From positions 1-59,493 of the forward strand of contig DAIDUA010000034.1 in assembly GCA_027456965.1 (NCBI GenBank): a DNA stretch of 59,493 bases. Direction: 5' to 3'. Of this stretch, positions 17,754 through 28,984 are shown piece by piece. The translations under genes and the position numbers were made by a program. Every line of letters starts with the position of its first letter. The stretch's first letter is position 1. This DNA is from Alphaproteobacteria bacterium (lineage in GTDB: Bacteria; Pseudomonadota; Alphaproteobacteria; Micropepsales; Micropepsaceae). The notes beneath the pieces were generated by a model. The model saw only the letters and a list, made by a program, of their open reading frames with translations, did not search any database and was not told where the DNA came from.

Positions 17754-20600
17754 ATGCGTTCCAGCCGACGTACAATATTGAATCTTATGAGTTTTGCAGG
17801 TCTCTCAAATGCATGGGCGCGCCCCCTTTGGGCGGCATCGCAAAAGGTAATTCCCACAGCGGCCTGCGCCATCGAGCCAGCTTTCCCGCGCGTCGAATGG
17901 CTTCAATCGCCTAACGGACTCGACACACAACTGCCGCGCTTTACCTGGACCTTGAGGCCGCGGACAGGGGAGGCGCGAAATCTAAGCCAAAGCGCCTATC
18001 GGCTGTTGGTAGCGTCGTCGCCTGCACTTTTGCGGCAAGGCCACGGCGATATCTGGGACAGCGGCATATGCGCCGGCGGGAAACTGCTTGCCAGCCCGGC
18101 GGCCACGCTATCGCTTGGCTCCCACAAAACATATTGGTGGACGGTCAGAGTCTGGGACGAGAAGAATAGGCCATCGCGCTGGGCCGCGCCCGAACGATTC
18201 GGGACCGGGCTCATGGATGCGAGCGATTGGCGCGCTCGATGGATTGCAGCAAAACCCGATCAGCCTGTGCCCGCCGGTCCGCCGAGCGCCATGGCCGTGC
18301 ATGCCGCCGTGGAACCAGAGCCGATGCCGTTGTTCCGCCGGCAGTTCCGGCTCGCCAAGCAGATTCGGTTCGCGGTCGCCAGCATCTCCGGACTGGGGCA
18401 ATACGAGTTGCTCGTCAACGCGCAGACCGTCGGGCACGGCGTTCTCAATCCCGGTTGGACCGACTATCGCAAGACCGTGCTGTACAACACTTTTGACGTT
18501 ACGCGCCTCTTGCGCCGGGGAACCAACACCCTTGGCGTGATGCTAGGAAATGGCCTGTACAACGTTCAAAGATACCCTGGGCGCTACACGAAATTCGTCG
18601 GAACCTTCGGACAGCCAAAACTAATATTGCAGCTTAAAATCATTTTTATAGATGGCAGCGAAAAAACGATCATAAGTGATCAATCCTGGACGACGCGGCC
18701 CGGACCAATTCTGCTGTCTTCCGCCTATGGCGGCGAGGATTACGACGCGCGGAGCGAACCCCCAGCATGGGACACGAATGATCGCAATGAAGACTGGTTG
18801 CCTGCATGTGAGGTGCAGGGGCCCGGAGGAGCGCTGCGCGCGCAGGGCATACCACCGGTCACCGTGGCGCGTGTCTTTAAACCAATCGCCATCACCCAGC
18901 CGAAGCCAGGCGTCTTCGTCTACGACCTCGGCCGAAATTTCGCCGGCTGGCCGACAATCGTTGTCCGCGGGCCAGCCGGAAAGGCTGTGCGACTTCTTCC
19001 CGCCGAATTGCTGGACGAGAACGGCTTGGTGACGCAGCAGAGCGCCAACGCCCGTCCAGGCATGGACGTGGAATTCAATTACACGCTGAAAGGTCACGGC
19101 GACGAAGCCTGGCATCCGCGCTTCAGCTATTACGGATTCCGCTACGTACAGGTGGAGGGCGCCGCGCCCAAGAAACACGCCAAACCAGGTATGCCGGTCC
19201 TGCTGTCTTTGCATGGCGCCTTCCTTCACACCGCCCTGCCCCAGGTCGGCACGTTCGACAGCAGCGACAATCTGCTGACGCGCATCCATCGTCTCATCAA
19301 GAACGCCTTGCTGAACAATACGTTCAGTGTACTGACAGATTGCCCGCAGCGCGAAAAGCTTGGCTGGCTCGAACAAACCTATCTGAATGCCGACACCGTC
19401 TTCGACAACGAGGATGCCGTCACGATTTACGAGAAGATGCTGAACGACATGAAGGACAGCCAGCTGGCGGACGGGCTCGTTCCAGAGATCGCACCGGAAT
19501 ATGTGGCGTTCGATACGCCTTCACTTGCAGCATTTCGCGATTCACCGGAATGGGGTTCGGCGGTCGTCTTGAGCCCGTGGGCAGCCTATCGCCGTTACGG
19601 CAACAGCAGGATTCTACACGACGGCTATTCCGCCATGCGGCGTTACGCGGACTACCTTCAGCAGAAGGCTCATGGCGGTCTGCTCGATTACGGATTGGGC
19701 GACTGGTACGACATCGGACCGCAGCCTCCTGGCGAAGCGCAACTCACCAGCAAGATGTTGACCGCGACAGCCACCTATTACGGAATGCTGTGCACACTGG
19801 CGCGAATAGCCGCCCTGCTCGACAAGCCGGACGATGCCGACGACTATCGGCGGCGTGCCGCATCCGTCAAAGACGCATTCAACGCCAAGCTGTTCGACCC
19901 GCGGACCGGTCATTACGACCGTAACAGCCAAACCGCGAACGCCATGCCGTTGGTTCTGGGGTTGGTGCCTGATGGCCAGCGGCAGGCCGTTCTCAAAAAT
20001 CTCGTTGCCGACATCCGGGCGCGGCAGAACCATGTCTCCGCCGGGGATATCGGGTTTCACTATGTTGTGCAGGCGCTGATGGAAGGCGGCCGCGGCGACG
20101 TCCTTTTCGACATGCTGTCTCGCACAGACTCGCCGAGCTATGCCTATCAGCTTGCAAAAGGCGCGACGGCGCTTACCGAAGCCTGGGACGCCAATCCAAC
20201 GAAATCGCAGGACCATTTCATGCTCGGTCACGCCGAGACTTGGTTTTATGGCGGGCTGGGCGGCGTCCGCATCGACATGAGCGCACCGGAAGACCGCCGC
20301 ATCCTGATCGCGCCACAGATCATCGCAGGCGTCGCCGCGACGTCCGTGCGCTATCGCTCGGTTCTCGGCGAGGTCGCGTGCGCATGGCGAAAACGCGATG
20401 GCTTTCTGAAATTGCACGTCGAAGTCCCGGCGGGCGCCTGTGGGCGCGTATTGTTGGCCGGGCTGCGGCCGGAGAAGGTACGCGAAGGTAGCAAAGAGCT
20501 GTCACGCGCCTACGGCGTTCTGAAGATCGAGACGGACGATGCGGGCACGATGATCACAATCGGCTCGGGAGGCTATGATTTCACCGCCCCCCTGAACTAA
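17754..20600 (+). CDS. GH78 alpha-L-rhamnosidase (Tat signal)
   Basis: SRRTIL Tat motif; PGWTDY, YDLGRNFAG, FSYYGFRYVQ, TDCPQREKLGWLE, GLGDWYD, TALTEAW. Confidence 0.9.
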   Translation: MRSSRRTILNLMSFAGLSNAWARPLWAASQKVIPTAACAIEPAFPRVEWLQSPNGLDTQLPRFTWTLRPRTGEARNLSQSAYRLLVASSPALLRQGHGDIWDSGICAGGKLLASPAATLSLGSHKTYWWTVRVWDEKNRPSRWAAPERFGTGLMDASDWRARWIAAKPDQPVPAGPPSAMAVHAAVEPEPMPLFRRQFRLAKQIRFAVASISGLGQYELLVNAQTVGHGVLNPGWTDYRKTVLYNTFDVTRLLRRGTNTLGVMLGNGLYNVQRYPGRYTKFVGTFGQPKLILQLKIIFIDGSEKTIISDQSWTTRPGPILLSSAYGGEDYDARSEPPAWDTNDRNEDWLPACEVQGPGGALRAQGIPPVTVARVFKPIAITQPKPGVFVYDLGRNFAGWPTIVVRGPAGKAVRLLPAELLDENGLVTQQSANARPGMDVEFNYTLKGHGDEAWHPRFSYYGFRYVQVEGAAPKKHAKPGMPVLLSLHGAFLHTALPQVGTFDSSDNLLTRIHRLIKNALLNNTFSVLTDCPQREKLGWLEQTYLNADTVFDNEDAVTIYEKMLNDMKDSQLADGLVPEIAPEYVAFDTPSLAAFRDSPEWGSAVVLSPWAAYRRYGNSRILHDGYSAMRRYADYLQQKAHGGLLDYGLGDWYDIGPQPPGEAQLTSKMLTATATYYGMLCTLARIAALLDKPDDADDYRRRAASVKDAFNAKLFDPRTGHYDRNSQTANAMPLVLGLVPDGQRQAVLKNLVADIRARQNHVSAGDIGFHYVVQALMEGGRGDVLFDMLSRTDSPSYAYQLAKGATALTEAWDANPTKSQDHFMLGHAETWFYGGLGGVRIDMSAPEDRRILIAPQIIAGVAATSVRYRSVLGEVACAWRKRDGFLKLHVEVPAGACGRVLLAGLRPEKVREGSKELSRAYGVLKIETDDAGTMITIGSGGYDFTAPLN

Positions 20601-20658
20601 GTTTGTCAAACGCCAGGCCGATATTTCGACAATCCGGACACCGCGGCGTCTGGCAGCC

Positions 20659-22260
20659 TCAGGTCTCGATCCGTAACGCATAGGGAAGATCGTCGCGTTT
20701 CTCCGGCAGATGGACGGAGAGCCCAACCGAGGTTTGCGTCCACTGTAAGGGATCATGCGAACCCAGAAGACGCACCATCGTGACTGCAGACGGCAGATAG
20801 GGCGTTCCGTTGTACAGCGTTTTGATCAGGACCTGGCCGTCGGCCGGCCGCGCCAGACCGAGCGCATACAATGTCTTGCCTTTGGTCGTGAAGCGGATAT
20901 CGGCGGCCGTATAGGCCGGATTCACGACTTCCTTTTTTTCCGCCGTACCCGAGTTCGTCGAACCTTCGCCATACAGCACCCACGGCCGCGTGCCGTGAAT
21001 TGCCTCGCCGTTGACCGACAGCCATGTGCCAATCTGCTTGAGCACTTTCCGGATCTGTTCCGGTATGGTGCCATCGGAGCGCGGTCCGATATTCAGCAGC
21101 AAATTTCCGTTCTTGCTGACGACGTCGATCAGATCGACGAGGAGCGACGGAGCGGTGCGATATGCGTCATCCTTGACGTAACCCCAGGACTTGATGCTCA
21201 CCGAGGTATCGCTTTGCCACGGCCTGAGGCGCAGCTCGTCCAGCCTGCCGCGCTCGACGTCGAGGACTGCTGTTCCCGGCGGGAATGCCTCCTCCTTGTA
21301 GGTGAGGACCGGTCCCTGGCCGCGCGCCGCGGCCCGATCGTAGAAATACGCAGCCATGCGTTCGAGGTACGGCGCTAACGCCGGTTGATTGATCCACCAG
21401 TCGAAATAGATGAAATCGGGATGATATTTGTCCACCAGTTCGGTGCTGCGCGCCAACCAGTCGTCAAGGTACGCTTTTGACGGCGGCAGCCACCGCTCGA
21501 GGTGGCTTGGATCAGGCTCGCCCGGATTGTGATCGGCAGGCAATGTCAGCGGCTCCGCCGGCCCATAGAGACCAGCGTAGCGCGGATCATCGACATCGGA
21601 TTCGTAGGCTTTGCCGGGGTTGTACCACCACCAGTGTTCGGCGCGGTGCGACGAAACGCCAAAATTCAAGCCTCGGGCGCGTACCGCCTTTTCCAGTTCG
21701 CCGACAACGTCGCGCTTCGGCCCCATCTTGGCAGCGTCCCAGTCGGTGAATTGCGAATCGTACATCGGAAAACCGTCACAATGCTCCCCCACGGGCACGA
21801 CGTAGCGCGCGCCGGCTGCCGCAAACAGATCGACCCAGGCCTCCGGATCGAATTTGTCGGCCGTGAACATCGGAATGAAATTCTTGTAACCGAACTTCGA
21901 TTGCGGCCCGTACACCGCCCGGTGATATTCGTATTCCGGTGAACCTTCGACATACATGTTCCGCGAATACCATTCGTTGGCGAAGGCCGGCACGGAATAG
22001 ACGCCCCAGTGAATGAAGATGCCGAACTTGGCGTCACGAAACCACGCCGGCTCGCGATAGGTCTCCAGTGACTTCCAATCGGCCTTGAACGGACCGCGCC
22101 TGATGGTTTGGTCGACGGCCGCGAGCTGGGCACGAAGTCGCCGCGCGTATCCCGCAGATTCACCGCCTGCCCGAGCGGCGGCCACGGCGAGCGTCGTCGC
22201 CAGGCCGGAGGTGAAAGTCCGGCGCGAAACATGCGGCAAACAGCGGCGATCAGTGCGCAT
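20659..22260 (-). CDS. GH29 alpha-L-fucosidase (Tat signal)
   Basis: SRRTFT Tat motif; WFRDAKFGIFIHWGVYSVPA, EHCDGF, IYFDWW nucleophile region, VSKNGNLLLNIGP..DG.IP. Confidence 0.92.
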   Translation of the reverse strand: MRTDRRCLPHVSRRTFTSGLATTLAVAAARAGGESAGYARRLRAQLAAVDQTIRRGPFKADWKSLETYREPAWFRDAKFGIFIHWGVYSVPAFANEWYSRNMYVEGSPEYEYHRAVYGPQSKFGYKNFIPMFTADKFDPEAWVDLFAAAGARYVVPVGEHCDGFPMYDSQFTDWDAAKMGPKRDVVGELEKAVRARGLNFGVSSHRAEHWWWYNPGKAYESDVDDPRYAGLYGPAEPLTLPADHNPGEPDPSHLERWLPPSKAYLDDWLARSTELVDKYHPDFIYFDWWINQPALAPYLERMAAYFYDRAAARGQGPVLTYKEEAFPPGTAVLDVERGRLDELRLRPWQSDTSVSIKSWGYVKDDAYRTAPSLLVDLIDVVSKNGNLLLNIGPRSDGTIPEQIRKVLKQIGTWLSVNGEAIHGTRPWVLYGEGSTNSGTAEKKEVVNPAYTAADIRFTTKGKTLYALGLARPADGQVLIKTLYNGTPYLPSAVTMVRLLGSHDPLQWTQTSVGLSVHLPEKRDDLPYALRIET

Positions 22261-24358
22261 TCGACTCCTCCAGAACGGCCACGCCCTGGGTGGCCAGATG
22301 GACGGTCCGGACGTCCCGACCGCCCCGGAGAATATCGTGCATCACCACGGGAAGCCGCACCACACGGTTGCCCGGGCCGTGATTGATCAGGATGAAGATC
22401 GCGTGCGACTTGCCGACTCGCCGCATCAGTTCCACGTCGGAGGGCAGCGGTGGAAACAGCGCGGCGACATGGGCGTCATGCAGTTCCTGGACGATGAAAC
22501 GGCGCATCAGCGCGGGATCCAGCAATGCGCCGAGATAGGTGATCGAACCCTTTCCGTAAGAGTTCGTAATTGCCGCAGGTTCACCGCTGAGCCACGTGCG
22601 ATTTTTTCCGTATTTCAGCAATATTTTCGCCGAAGGCGACTGCACGGACAGCGTCTCGCCCAAGATCGAAGCCGTTCCGCTGCCGATAGAACCCGACACG
22701 GCAAGCGGTTGGTCCAGCGCATAGAATTGTTCGACACGACCTCCGAGCACGCCCACCAGCGGGCCAGGCTGGCGCTGTATGTTGAGGCGGTTGAACTGGT
22801 CCTTCATGCCGCTGCGGGGACCAAGCACCAGATGACCGCCATGACGCACATAGTCAGCCAGATGTTGCGCCAGGTCGGCGGGAATCACATTGAGGCTCGG
22901 CGCGAATACCACCTTGTACCGGTCGAGCGGCGCGTAAGCATTCACGACATCGACAGAATGCGTCAGATCGTCGAGCGGTCGATAATAATCGAGCAGAACC
23001 GCGAGCTGGTCGTAAAGCTTGTTGTGAGGCTGGAAGTCGATCGCCCAACGGCTGTCATATGTCGTGATGATGGCGATATCGGATTGCGGCGTCGTGCCGG
23101 CGATCGCCGCCGATGCGGTCTCAAATTCGCGACCGATCTGGGCGACCTCGGAATAAAGCGGCAAGGGTTCCCCGTCCGGCCCGACAAGGGCGCCGTGATA
23201 CTGCTCTTGCCCATTGAGTGCACTGCGCCATTGCCAATAGAGAACCGCATCGGCGCCGTGGCCCACGGATTCCCATGCCATCGCGCGCACTTCGCCTTTG
23301 TACAGCGCGTTATTGACCGGCGCCCAATTGACGAAGCCAGGCTGGGTCTCCATGACCCAAAAGTCCTGCCGTTTCCACCCTCGCACATAGTCGCTGACCG
23401 CTCCGTGCCGGTAGAAATCGAGATGACCTTCGCCCACATAGGGGTCCCAGGCTGCGATATCGAGAGGACGCGTAATCGCGTAATGGTCCCAATTGTCGCT
23501 CAAGCCCAGCCCGCCGATGTTCGTGGTGATGAACTGCCGCGGATTGACATAGGGGCGCATGGCATCGATCTGGTTCTGCTGATAACTCACCCAAGTTGCA
23601 GTTACGAAGCGCTTGTGATCGAGCATCCATCCGGGATTACCGGACTTGTCATTGAGCGGAATCTGATTCCATGCGGTATAGGTCTGGCTCCAATAGGTCG
23701 TCGTCCACGCCGTATTTAGCGCGTCGAGCGTCTTGTAACGCTGCTGCAACCAGTCCTGAAACATCTTGCGCGTATCGGGGTCGAAGGATTCGTCACTGTA
23801 TTCGTTGTCGATTTGCCAACCGATGACGTCCGGATCATGCCCAAACCGTTGTGCCAGCCTGGAAGCGATGTCACGGCAGAACTTGCGGTAAAGCGAACTG
23901 GAATAGGAAAATTGCCGACGGTTCCCGTGTTCGGCGCGACGGCCGTCGCCGTCAACACGCAAAACCTGCGGATATTTGCTTGTCAGCCAGGCCGGTGGAG
24001 CGTCGGTGGGCGTACCGATGACGACAAAGATATGGTGCTTCTGCGCCAGCCGGATGGCGCGCGCCAACCAATCAAAATCGTACTTACCTTCGGCGGGTTC
24101 CAAACTACTCCAGGCGAATTCACCGACGCGCACAACGTTCACGCCCGCTGCCTGCATCAAGGCGAGGTCTTTGTCCCAGCGCTGCTCCGGCCATTGCTCA
24201 GGATACCATGCCGCGCCCATCCAGAGACGGCCTAACGCCGTGGCCGTCGCGGGCGTGGCCCGCGCCGTATCGGCGGACATGAACCAACCGCCCAATAGAC
24301 ATGTGACACCGAGGCAGACGGCCCGCAGACGACGGTTCCGAAGCATGGGATGGATCAT
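22250..24358 (-). CDS. GH42 beta-galactosidase / alpha-L-arabinopyranosidase
   Basis: YPEQWP, VRVGEFAWS.LEP, GTPT.APPAW, WQIDNEY, WVMETQPG.VNW, YWQWR...G.EQYHG. Start uncertain (24358 or 24346). Confidence 0.9.
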   Translation of the reverse strand: MIHPMLRNRRLRAVCLGVTCLLGGWFMSADTARATPATATALGRLWMGAAWYPEQWPEQRWDKDLALMQAAGVNVVRVGEFAWSSLEPAEGKYDFDWLARAIRLAQKHHIFVVIGTPTDAPPAWLTSKYPQVLRVDGDGRRAEHGNRRQFSYSSSLYRKFCRDIASRLAQRFGHDPDVIGWQIDNEYSDESFDPDTRKMFQDWLQQRYKTLDALNTAWTTTYWSQTYTAWNQIPLNDKSGNPGWMLDHKRFVTATWVSYQQNQIDAMRPYVNPRQFITTNIGGLGLSDNWDHYAITRPLDIAAWDPYVGEGHLDFYRHGAVSDYVRGWKRQDFWVMETQPGFVNWAPVNNALYKGEVRAMAWESVGHGADAVLYWQWRSALNGQEQYHGALVGPDGEPLPLYSEVAQIGREFETASAAIAGTTPQSDIAIITTYDSRWAIDFQPHNKLYDQLAVLLDYYRPLDDLTHSVDVVNAYAPLDRYKVVFAPSLNVIPADLAQHLADYVRHGGHLVLGPRSGMKDQFNRLNIQRQPGPLVGVLGGRVEQFYALDQPLAVSGSIGSGTASILGETLSVQSPSAKILLKYGKNRTWLSGEPAAITNSYGKGSITYLGALLDPALMRRFIVQELHDAHVAALFPPLPSDVELMRRVGKSHAIFILINHGPGNRVVRLPVVMHDILRGGRDVRTVHLATQGVAVLEESNAH

Positions 24359-24483
24359 CTCCGTGAAACGACCGATTGGAACGTTTTCAAACCTGCCGCG
24401 CCTTCCGACGTGCGCCGGTTCGCAGCGATAGCAATTCGTGGCGTATCCTCGCAAGTGCCTGTTTCATTTATTGCATCAAATGA

Positions 24484-24494
24484 TCACAATATGG
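24484..24494. promoter_or_regulatory. Imperfect palindrome TCACAATATGG, candidate IclR operator
   Basis: Shares AATATGGAAT with the site at 41775-41788; lies in the GH42/GH106 divergent gap. Confidence 0.45.
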
Positions 24495-24523
24495 AATACC
24501 CTGAGTGCGGCCGCGGAGTGTCC

Positions 24524-27500
24524 ATGTCCAAGAACGAAGCCTCCCAAGACTTACAGTCATCGCGGTGGAAGATAGACCGTCGATTTCTTCTACGCCTGAT
24601 GGCCGCCAGCGGACTGACGCCGGCACTGGCACGGAAAGCCGAAGCCCGGGCGCCCGCGGGCGCATCCACGCTTGAAGGCAAAACGGCGCTTGCGTGGGAT
24701 TTTCGTAACCCGCCGCCAGACGCGCATCCCGGTGCATATTGGTATTGGCTCGGTGGAAACGTAACTCCCGAAGGGATTACGGCCGATCTTGAAGCCATGC
24801 ACGCCGCCGGCATTTCAAGGCCAATGCTCTTCACGATTGGAAAGAGCGGCAAAGACACGCTCGTAAGCCCGCCCGCAACAACGCTGTCGCCTTACTGGTG
24901 GAAACTGTTCGAGCATGCGGTTGCGGAAGCAGATCGTCTTGGAATCGTTCTGGCGATGAATTGTTGTGACGGCTGGGGCACCGCAGCCGGCCCATGGATC
25001 ACGCCCGAACTGTCGATGCAACACGTCGTCTGGAGCGAGCAAACGATCGAAGGCGGTAGCCGCTATCAAGGCCCGCCGCAGCAGCCTACGAGCCTTTACG
25101 ACTACTATCGCGATATCGCCATCATTGCATTCCCGTTTCCGGAGAACTGGAGCGAAACCAGTCTTACTCGGAAAGCGACGATCACGAGCAATCTTCCGCT
25201 TCTGGTGAGCGACGCAAACAAGGTCACCGACCCGGCAAATACAGACGAGATCGTCAATACGGAAGAGCCTGGATGGTTCACCTATGCATTCGAGAAACCG
25301 TTCACGCTTCGCTCCATCACGGTGCATACACCGCCAGCGCCTGGCTATGCGCCGGGCGTCTATCGCGCGGCCAACAGCCTCGACGTCGAGGCCAGCGATG
25401 ACGGCGAGACCTTCCGCCGGATCGGTAGCCTCGAATATCCGAAACACGGTTGGCAGACCGACTTGACGACGCTGACGCACGCCTTGCCACAAACCACGGC
25501 GCGCTATTTTCGCCTCGTTCACCATACGATTCCGCCACAGCCTTATGAAGAGGAATACGATTTCGGGCAGGACACCCGCTTGCGCTTCTTCAGCATTGTC
25601 CTATCCAGCGAACCGCGCATTCATCAATGGCAGGGCAAAACCGGCGAGCAATGGGCCATCAGCCGGCGAACGACTTCTAAGGACGTACCCGACAGCGCTT
25701 GCGTGCAGCTCAACGACGTTGTCGATCTGACGTCCCGCTTTTCGGCTGACGGGACGCTGACTTGGGCGGCACCGGAAGGCCGCTGGCGCATCCTCCGCAT
25801 CGGTTACACAACCACCGGCAAGATGAACTCCGCGGCCGGCGACGCGGAGGGGCTCGAATGCGATCGTTTCAATTCCGAAGCCGCCACGCTGCTGTTCGAC
25901 AATTGGTTCGGACAAGCCTTGAAGCGTGTGGGACCCCGATACGCCGGGAAAGTCCTGCACGCATTTCATGTCGACAGTTGGGAAGCCGGCACGCAGAACT
26001 GGTCTCCAAGCTTCCGCGACAATTTCCGGATGCTAAAGGGCTACCATCTGTTACCTTATATAGCATTGATGACCGGCGTTCCCATGGTGAGCGCGGACGT
26101 CAGCGAGCGCGTGCTGCTAGACGTGCGGCATGCGATCAACACCCTCATGCAGCAAAACTTCTTCAAGACGATGGCGACTCTGGCGCATGAGCACGGCTGT
26201 GTTTTCAGCGCAGAGCCCGCGAACCCGACCTTCCCGGCCGACGGCATGGAGCATGCCCGATACGTTGACTTGCCGATGGGGGAATTCTGGCTGCATACCC
26301 CGCGCAACGATAAGCCAACCGATATCAAGGATGCCGTGAACGGCTCTCGTCTCTATGGCAAGAAGTGCGCTGGTGCCGAGTCGTTTACCGAAGGTCTGAT
26401 GGACTGGAGAGAAAATCCGTTCATCTTCAAGGCGCTCGGCGATCACAACTATTGCGAAGGCATCAACAGACTGATGCTTCACGTCTACGCGCAACAGCCG
26501 TGGACCAACCGTGCGCCGGGCATCACGCTGAACGGGATCGGCACCTTCTTCAGCCGCACCCAGACATGGTGGAAACCGGGAAAAGCTTGGTTCGATTACC
26601 TCAAGCGCTGCCACGCGATGCTGCAATCGGGGCGGGCGGTCAGCGATCTCTGTTATTTTACCGGCGAGAACATTCCGGCACGGTCGCTGTTGCCACGCCA
26701 GCTCAGCATCCCCCTGCCGGACGGCTACGCTTATGATTCCATCAATCGCGACGCGATCCTGCATCTGTCGCGCGTCAAGGACGGCATGATCGTGCTCGAC
26801 AGCGGGGCGCGCTACCGCGTGCTGATCCTGCCAGATGACCGGCTCCTAACGCCAGAGATCGCCGAAAAGCTGCGCGAGTTTGCGAACGGCGGTGTAACCA
26901 TCGTCGGACCGCGCCCCGAACGCTCTCCAAGTTTCGTCGAATGGCCGACGGCCGACCGCGCCGTGCAGACCGTCGCGCAGGAACTGTGGGGTGACTTGGA
27001 CGGCGTGCAGCGCATAGAACGTCGTGTAGGCGCCGGCCGCGTCGTCTGGGGCAAGCCACTTCCGGATGTTCTTGCCGAACTTAGCCTTGTTCCGGATATC
27101 GACATCAGACTGGAAACGGGCGCAGCCCTGCCAGCCGGACATGTCGAATGGACGCACCGCCACAGCGACGAATGGGACCTCTATTTCCTCAGCAACCAGA
27201 CCAACGGTCCGTTGCGCATCGACGCGGCCTTCAGGGTCCACGGACGCGTGCCCGAACTCTGGCATCCGGATACCGGCAATGTCGAAACGCTCGCTTTCTG
27301 GCAAGAACGGGACGGACGTACCAATGTGCCGTTGACACTCGACCCCGCAGGATCCGTCTTCGTCCTGTTTGCGCGACCGTCGGAAAATACAGAATTCGTG
27401 ACAGCGATCACGGGTTCGAATCCTGCGGCTGTACTCCTCCGTCAGGAAAATGGGCGTATTGAGGCGTTGCTGGAAGAGCCTGGCACATGGACTTTGCGCA

Positions 27501-28063
27501 GCAGCTCCGGGCGCGCTCTACCGTTGACGCTTCGAGAACAGCCGGAAACATTCATCGTCGAAGGCCCCTGGGCATTGCGCTTCAGCGAGCGCCTCCCCCA
27601 GCCGATTACGCTTCGTCTTCAGACCCTCGAATCCTGGACCACGCAAACGAACCCGGACGTCAAATATTATTCAGGGACCGCCAGCTATAGCGTGAGGTTC
27701 ACCCTGCCGAACCTACGGCCCGATCACCGCCTGTATCTGGAACTCGGCGAGGTACATGATTTGGCGCATGTCCGCCTGAACGGCCACGACCTCGGCGTGC
27801 TCTGGAAACCACCCTTCACGATCGACGTCACACGTGCCGCGAAGGCAGGGCGCAATACGATGGAAATCGCCATCACCAACACTTGGCGCAACCGGTTGAT
27901 CGGTGATTACGGCAAGCCGCAGGACGAGCGCACGACATTTGTCGTTCCCATGCTGCGCAAGGGCCAATCATGGCTTCCCGGCGGACCCGGTACCGAACTC
28001 TCTCCGGCGGGCCTTTTGGGGCCCGTGCGAATCCGCAGCATGGCAATCGTGCGGCTCGGCTGA
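24524..28063 (+). CDS. GH106 alpha-L-rhamnosidase (Tat signal)
   Basis: DRRFLL Tat motif; W.W..GNVT.EGITADLEAM, GPWITPE.SMQ, GLECD.F, DSWEAG.QNW, PMGEFW, YYSGTA.Y, N.W.NRLIGD; resembles BT0986 as recalled. Confidence 0.9.
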   Translation: MSKNEASQDLQSSRWKIDRRFLLRLMAASGLTPALARKAEARAPAGASTLEGKTALAWDFRNPPPDAHPGAYWYWLGGNVTPEGITADLEAMHAAGISRPMLFTIGKSGKDTLVSPPATTLSPYWWKLFEHAVAEADRLGIVLAMNCCDGWGTAAGPWITPELSMQHVVWSEQTIEGGSRYQGPPQQPTSLYDYYRDIAIIAFPFPENWSETSLTRKATITSNLPLLVSDANKVTDPANTDEIVNTEEPGWFTYAFEKPFTLRSITVHTPPAPGYAPGVYRAANSLDVEASDDGETFRRIGSLEYPKHGWQTDLTTLTHALPQTTARYFRLVHHTIPPQPYEEEYDFGQDTRLRFFSIVLSSEPRIHQWQGKTGEQWAISRRTTSKDVPDSACVQLNDVVDLTSRFSADGTLTWAAPEGRWRILRIGYTTTGKMNSAAGDAEGLECDRFNSEAATLLFDNWFGQALKRVGPRYAGKVLHAFHVDSWEAGTQNWSPSFRDNFRMLKGYHLLPYIALMTGVPMVSADVSERVLLDVRHAINTLMQQNFFKTMATLAHEHGCVFSAEPANPTFPADGMEHARYVDLPMGEFWLHTPRNDKPTDIKDAVNGSRLYGKKCAGAESFTEGLMDWRENPFIFKALGDHNYCEGINRLMLHVYAQQPWTNRAPGITLNGIGTFFSRTQTWWKPGKAWFDYLKRCHAMLQSGRAVSDLCYFTGENIPARSLLPRQLSIPLPDGYAYDSINRDAILHLSRVKDGMIVLDSGARYRVLILPDDRLLTPEIAEKLREFANGGVTIVGPRPERSPSFVEWPTADRAVQTVAQELWGDLDGVQRIERRVGAGRVVWGKPLPDVLAELSLVPDIDIRLETGAALPAGHVEWTHRHSDEWDLYFLSNQTNGPLRIDAAFRVHGRVPELWHPDTGNVETLAFWQERDGRTNVPLTLDPAGSVFVLFARPSENTEFVTAITGSNPAAVLLRQENGRIEALLEEPGTWTLRSSSGRALPLTLREQPETFIVEGPWALRFSERLPQPITLRLQTLESWTTQTNPDVKYYSGTASYSVRFTLPNLRPDHRLYLELGEVHDLAHVRLNGHDLGVLWKPPFTIDVTRAAKAGRNTMEIAITNTWRNRLIGDYGKPQDERTTFVVPMLRKGQSWLPGGPGTELSPAGLLGPVRIRSMAIVRLG

Positions 28064-28084
28064 AAAGCGCGCCGCGGCGGTCGG

Positions 28085-28984
28085 CTATCTGTACTTGACC
28101 GAAGCAACGCGTCCGCGTTGACGCGCCACTTTCGTCCGCGACGAAGCAACCAAGCGCTTCGATTTTCTTTTTTTGGATGCCGGACGGCCGCCCGTCCAGC
28201 CGAGATTCATGCTGATGCGATCGGCCGTTTCCGTCACGATCTTCGACAACATCTTCATCCGCTCGTCGCTCATGTACTGCGCAGCGCTGGAGACGCTTAT
28301 CGCCGCGATGATCCGCCCTTCGACATCGCGAACGGGCGCCGCCACGCATCGAATCTGGTCCTCGTTTTCTTCGAGGTCGAAGGCACAGCCGTCCTGCGCA
28401 AAATTCCGCATCCGCGCAAGCCACTCGACCAGCGGAACACCTGCGCGCCCGGCCCCGCCTTCTTCGTGAAAGAACTTCACCCAGTCGTCTTCGTCGTGAT
28501 CGAGAATCAACGCTTTACCAAGCCCGCTCAGCGAGATCGGCTCCAACTCCCCGATGCGGGACCTGATCGAGATACGGCGGCGTCCCGGAATCTTGTCGAG
28601 ATAGAGAACCCGGCCGCGATCCAGGACACCCAGATGGATCGTGTCTTCGGTCGCCACGGCGAGGCGTTCGAGATGCGGCGATGCGATGCGCGGCAGATCG
28701 AGTTCGTCGCGGACCTTGTAGCCCAATTCAAGCAGCTTTGGGCCCAAACCGTAACCGATGCGCGGAACAAAGGTCAGATAGCGGCGGTCCACCAACGCGG
28801 CCGCCAGACGATGCGCCGTACTGCGGGTCAATTCCAACCGCTCGGCCAACTCACTGAGCGTGACCGGCCCCTGCGCCACAACTTCAACGACGTCGAGGCC
28901 GCGGAACAAGGTCTGGCTCCCCAGCCGGACACGAGCCTCCCCGGAGGTTTCGTCATCGCCGTTAATTGACCGCTTCTTTCCCAT
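28085..28984 (-). CDS. IclR family transcriptional regulator
   Basis: GSQTLFRGL.V.E, STAHRL, Y.LG, GLGKAL, E.NE....CVAAPV. Confidence 0.93.
   Translation of the reverse strand: MGKKRSINGDDETSGEARVRLGSQTLFRGLDVVEVVAQGPVTLSELAERLELTRSTAHRLAAALVDRRYLTFVPRIGYGLGPKLLELGYKVRDELDLPRIASPHLERLAVATEDTIHLGVLDRGRVLYLDKIPGRRRISIRSRIGELEPISLSGLGKALILDHDEDDWVKFFHEEGGAGRAGVPLVEWLARMRNFAQDGCAFDLEENEDQIRCVAAPVRDVEGRIIAAISVSSAAQYMSDERMKMLSKIVTETADRISMNLGWTGGRPASKKRKSKRLVASSRTKVARQRGRVASVKYR

Noticed and set aside
12189-23719. Long opposite-strand ORFs (e.g. 12189-13736, 15015-16940, 22085-23719; also 4065-5405, 5450-6772, 54565-55785, 55773-57218, 57662-59155)
   Set aside because: Antisense shadows of well-supported genes in high-GC DNA, with no recognisable motifs.
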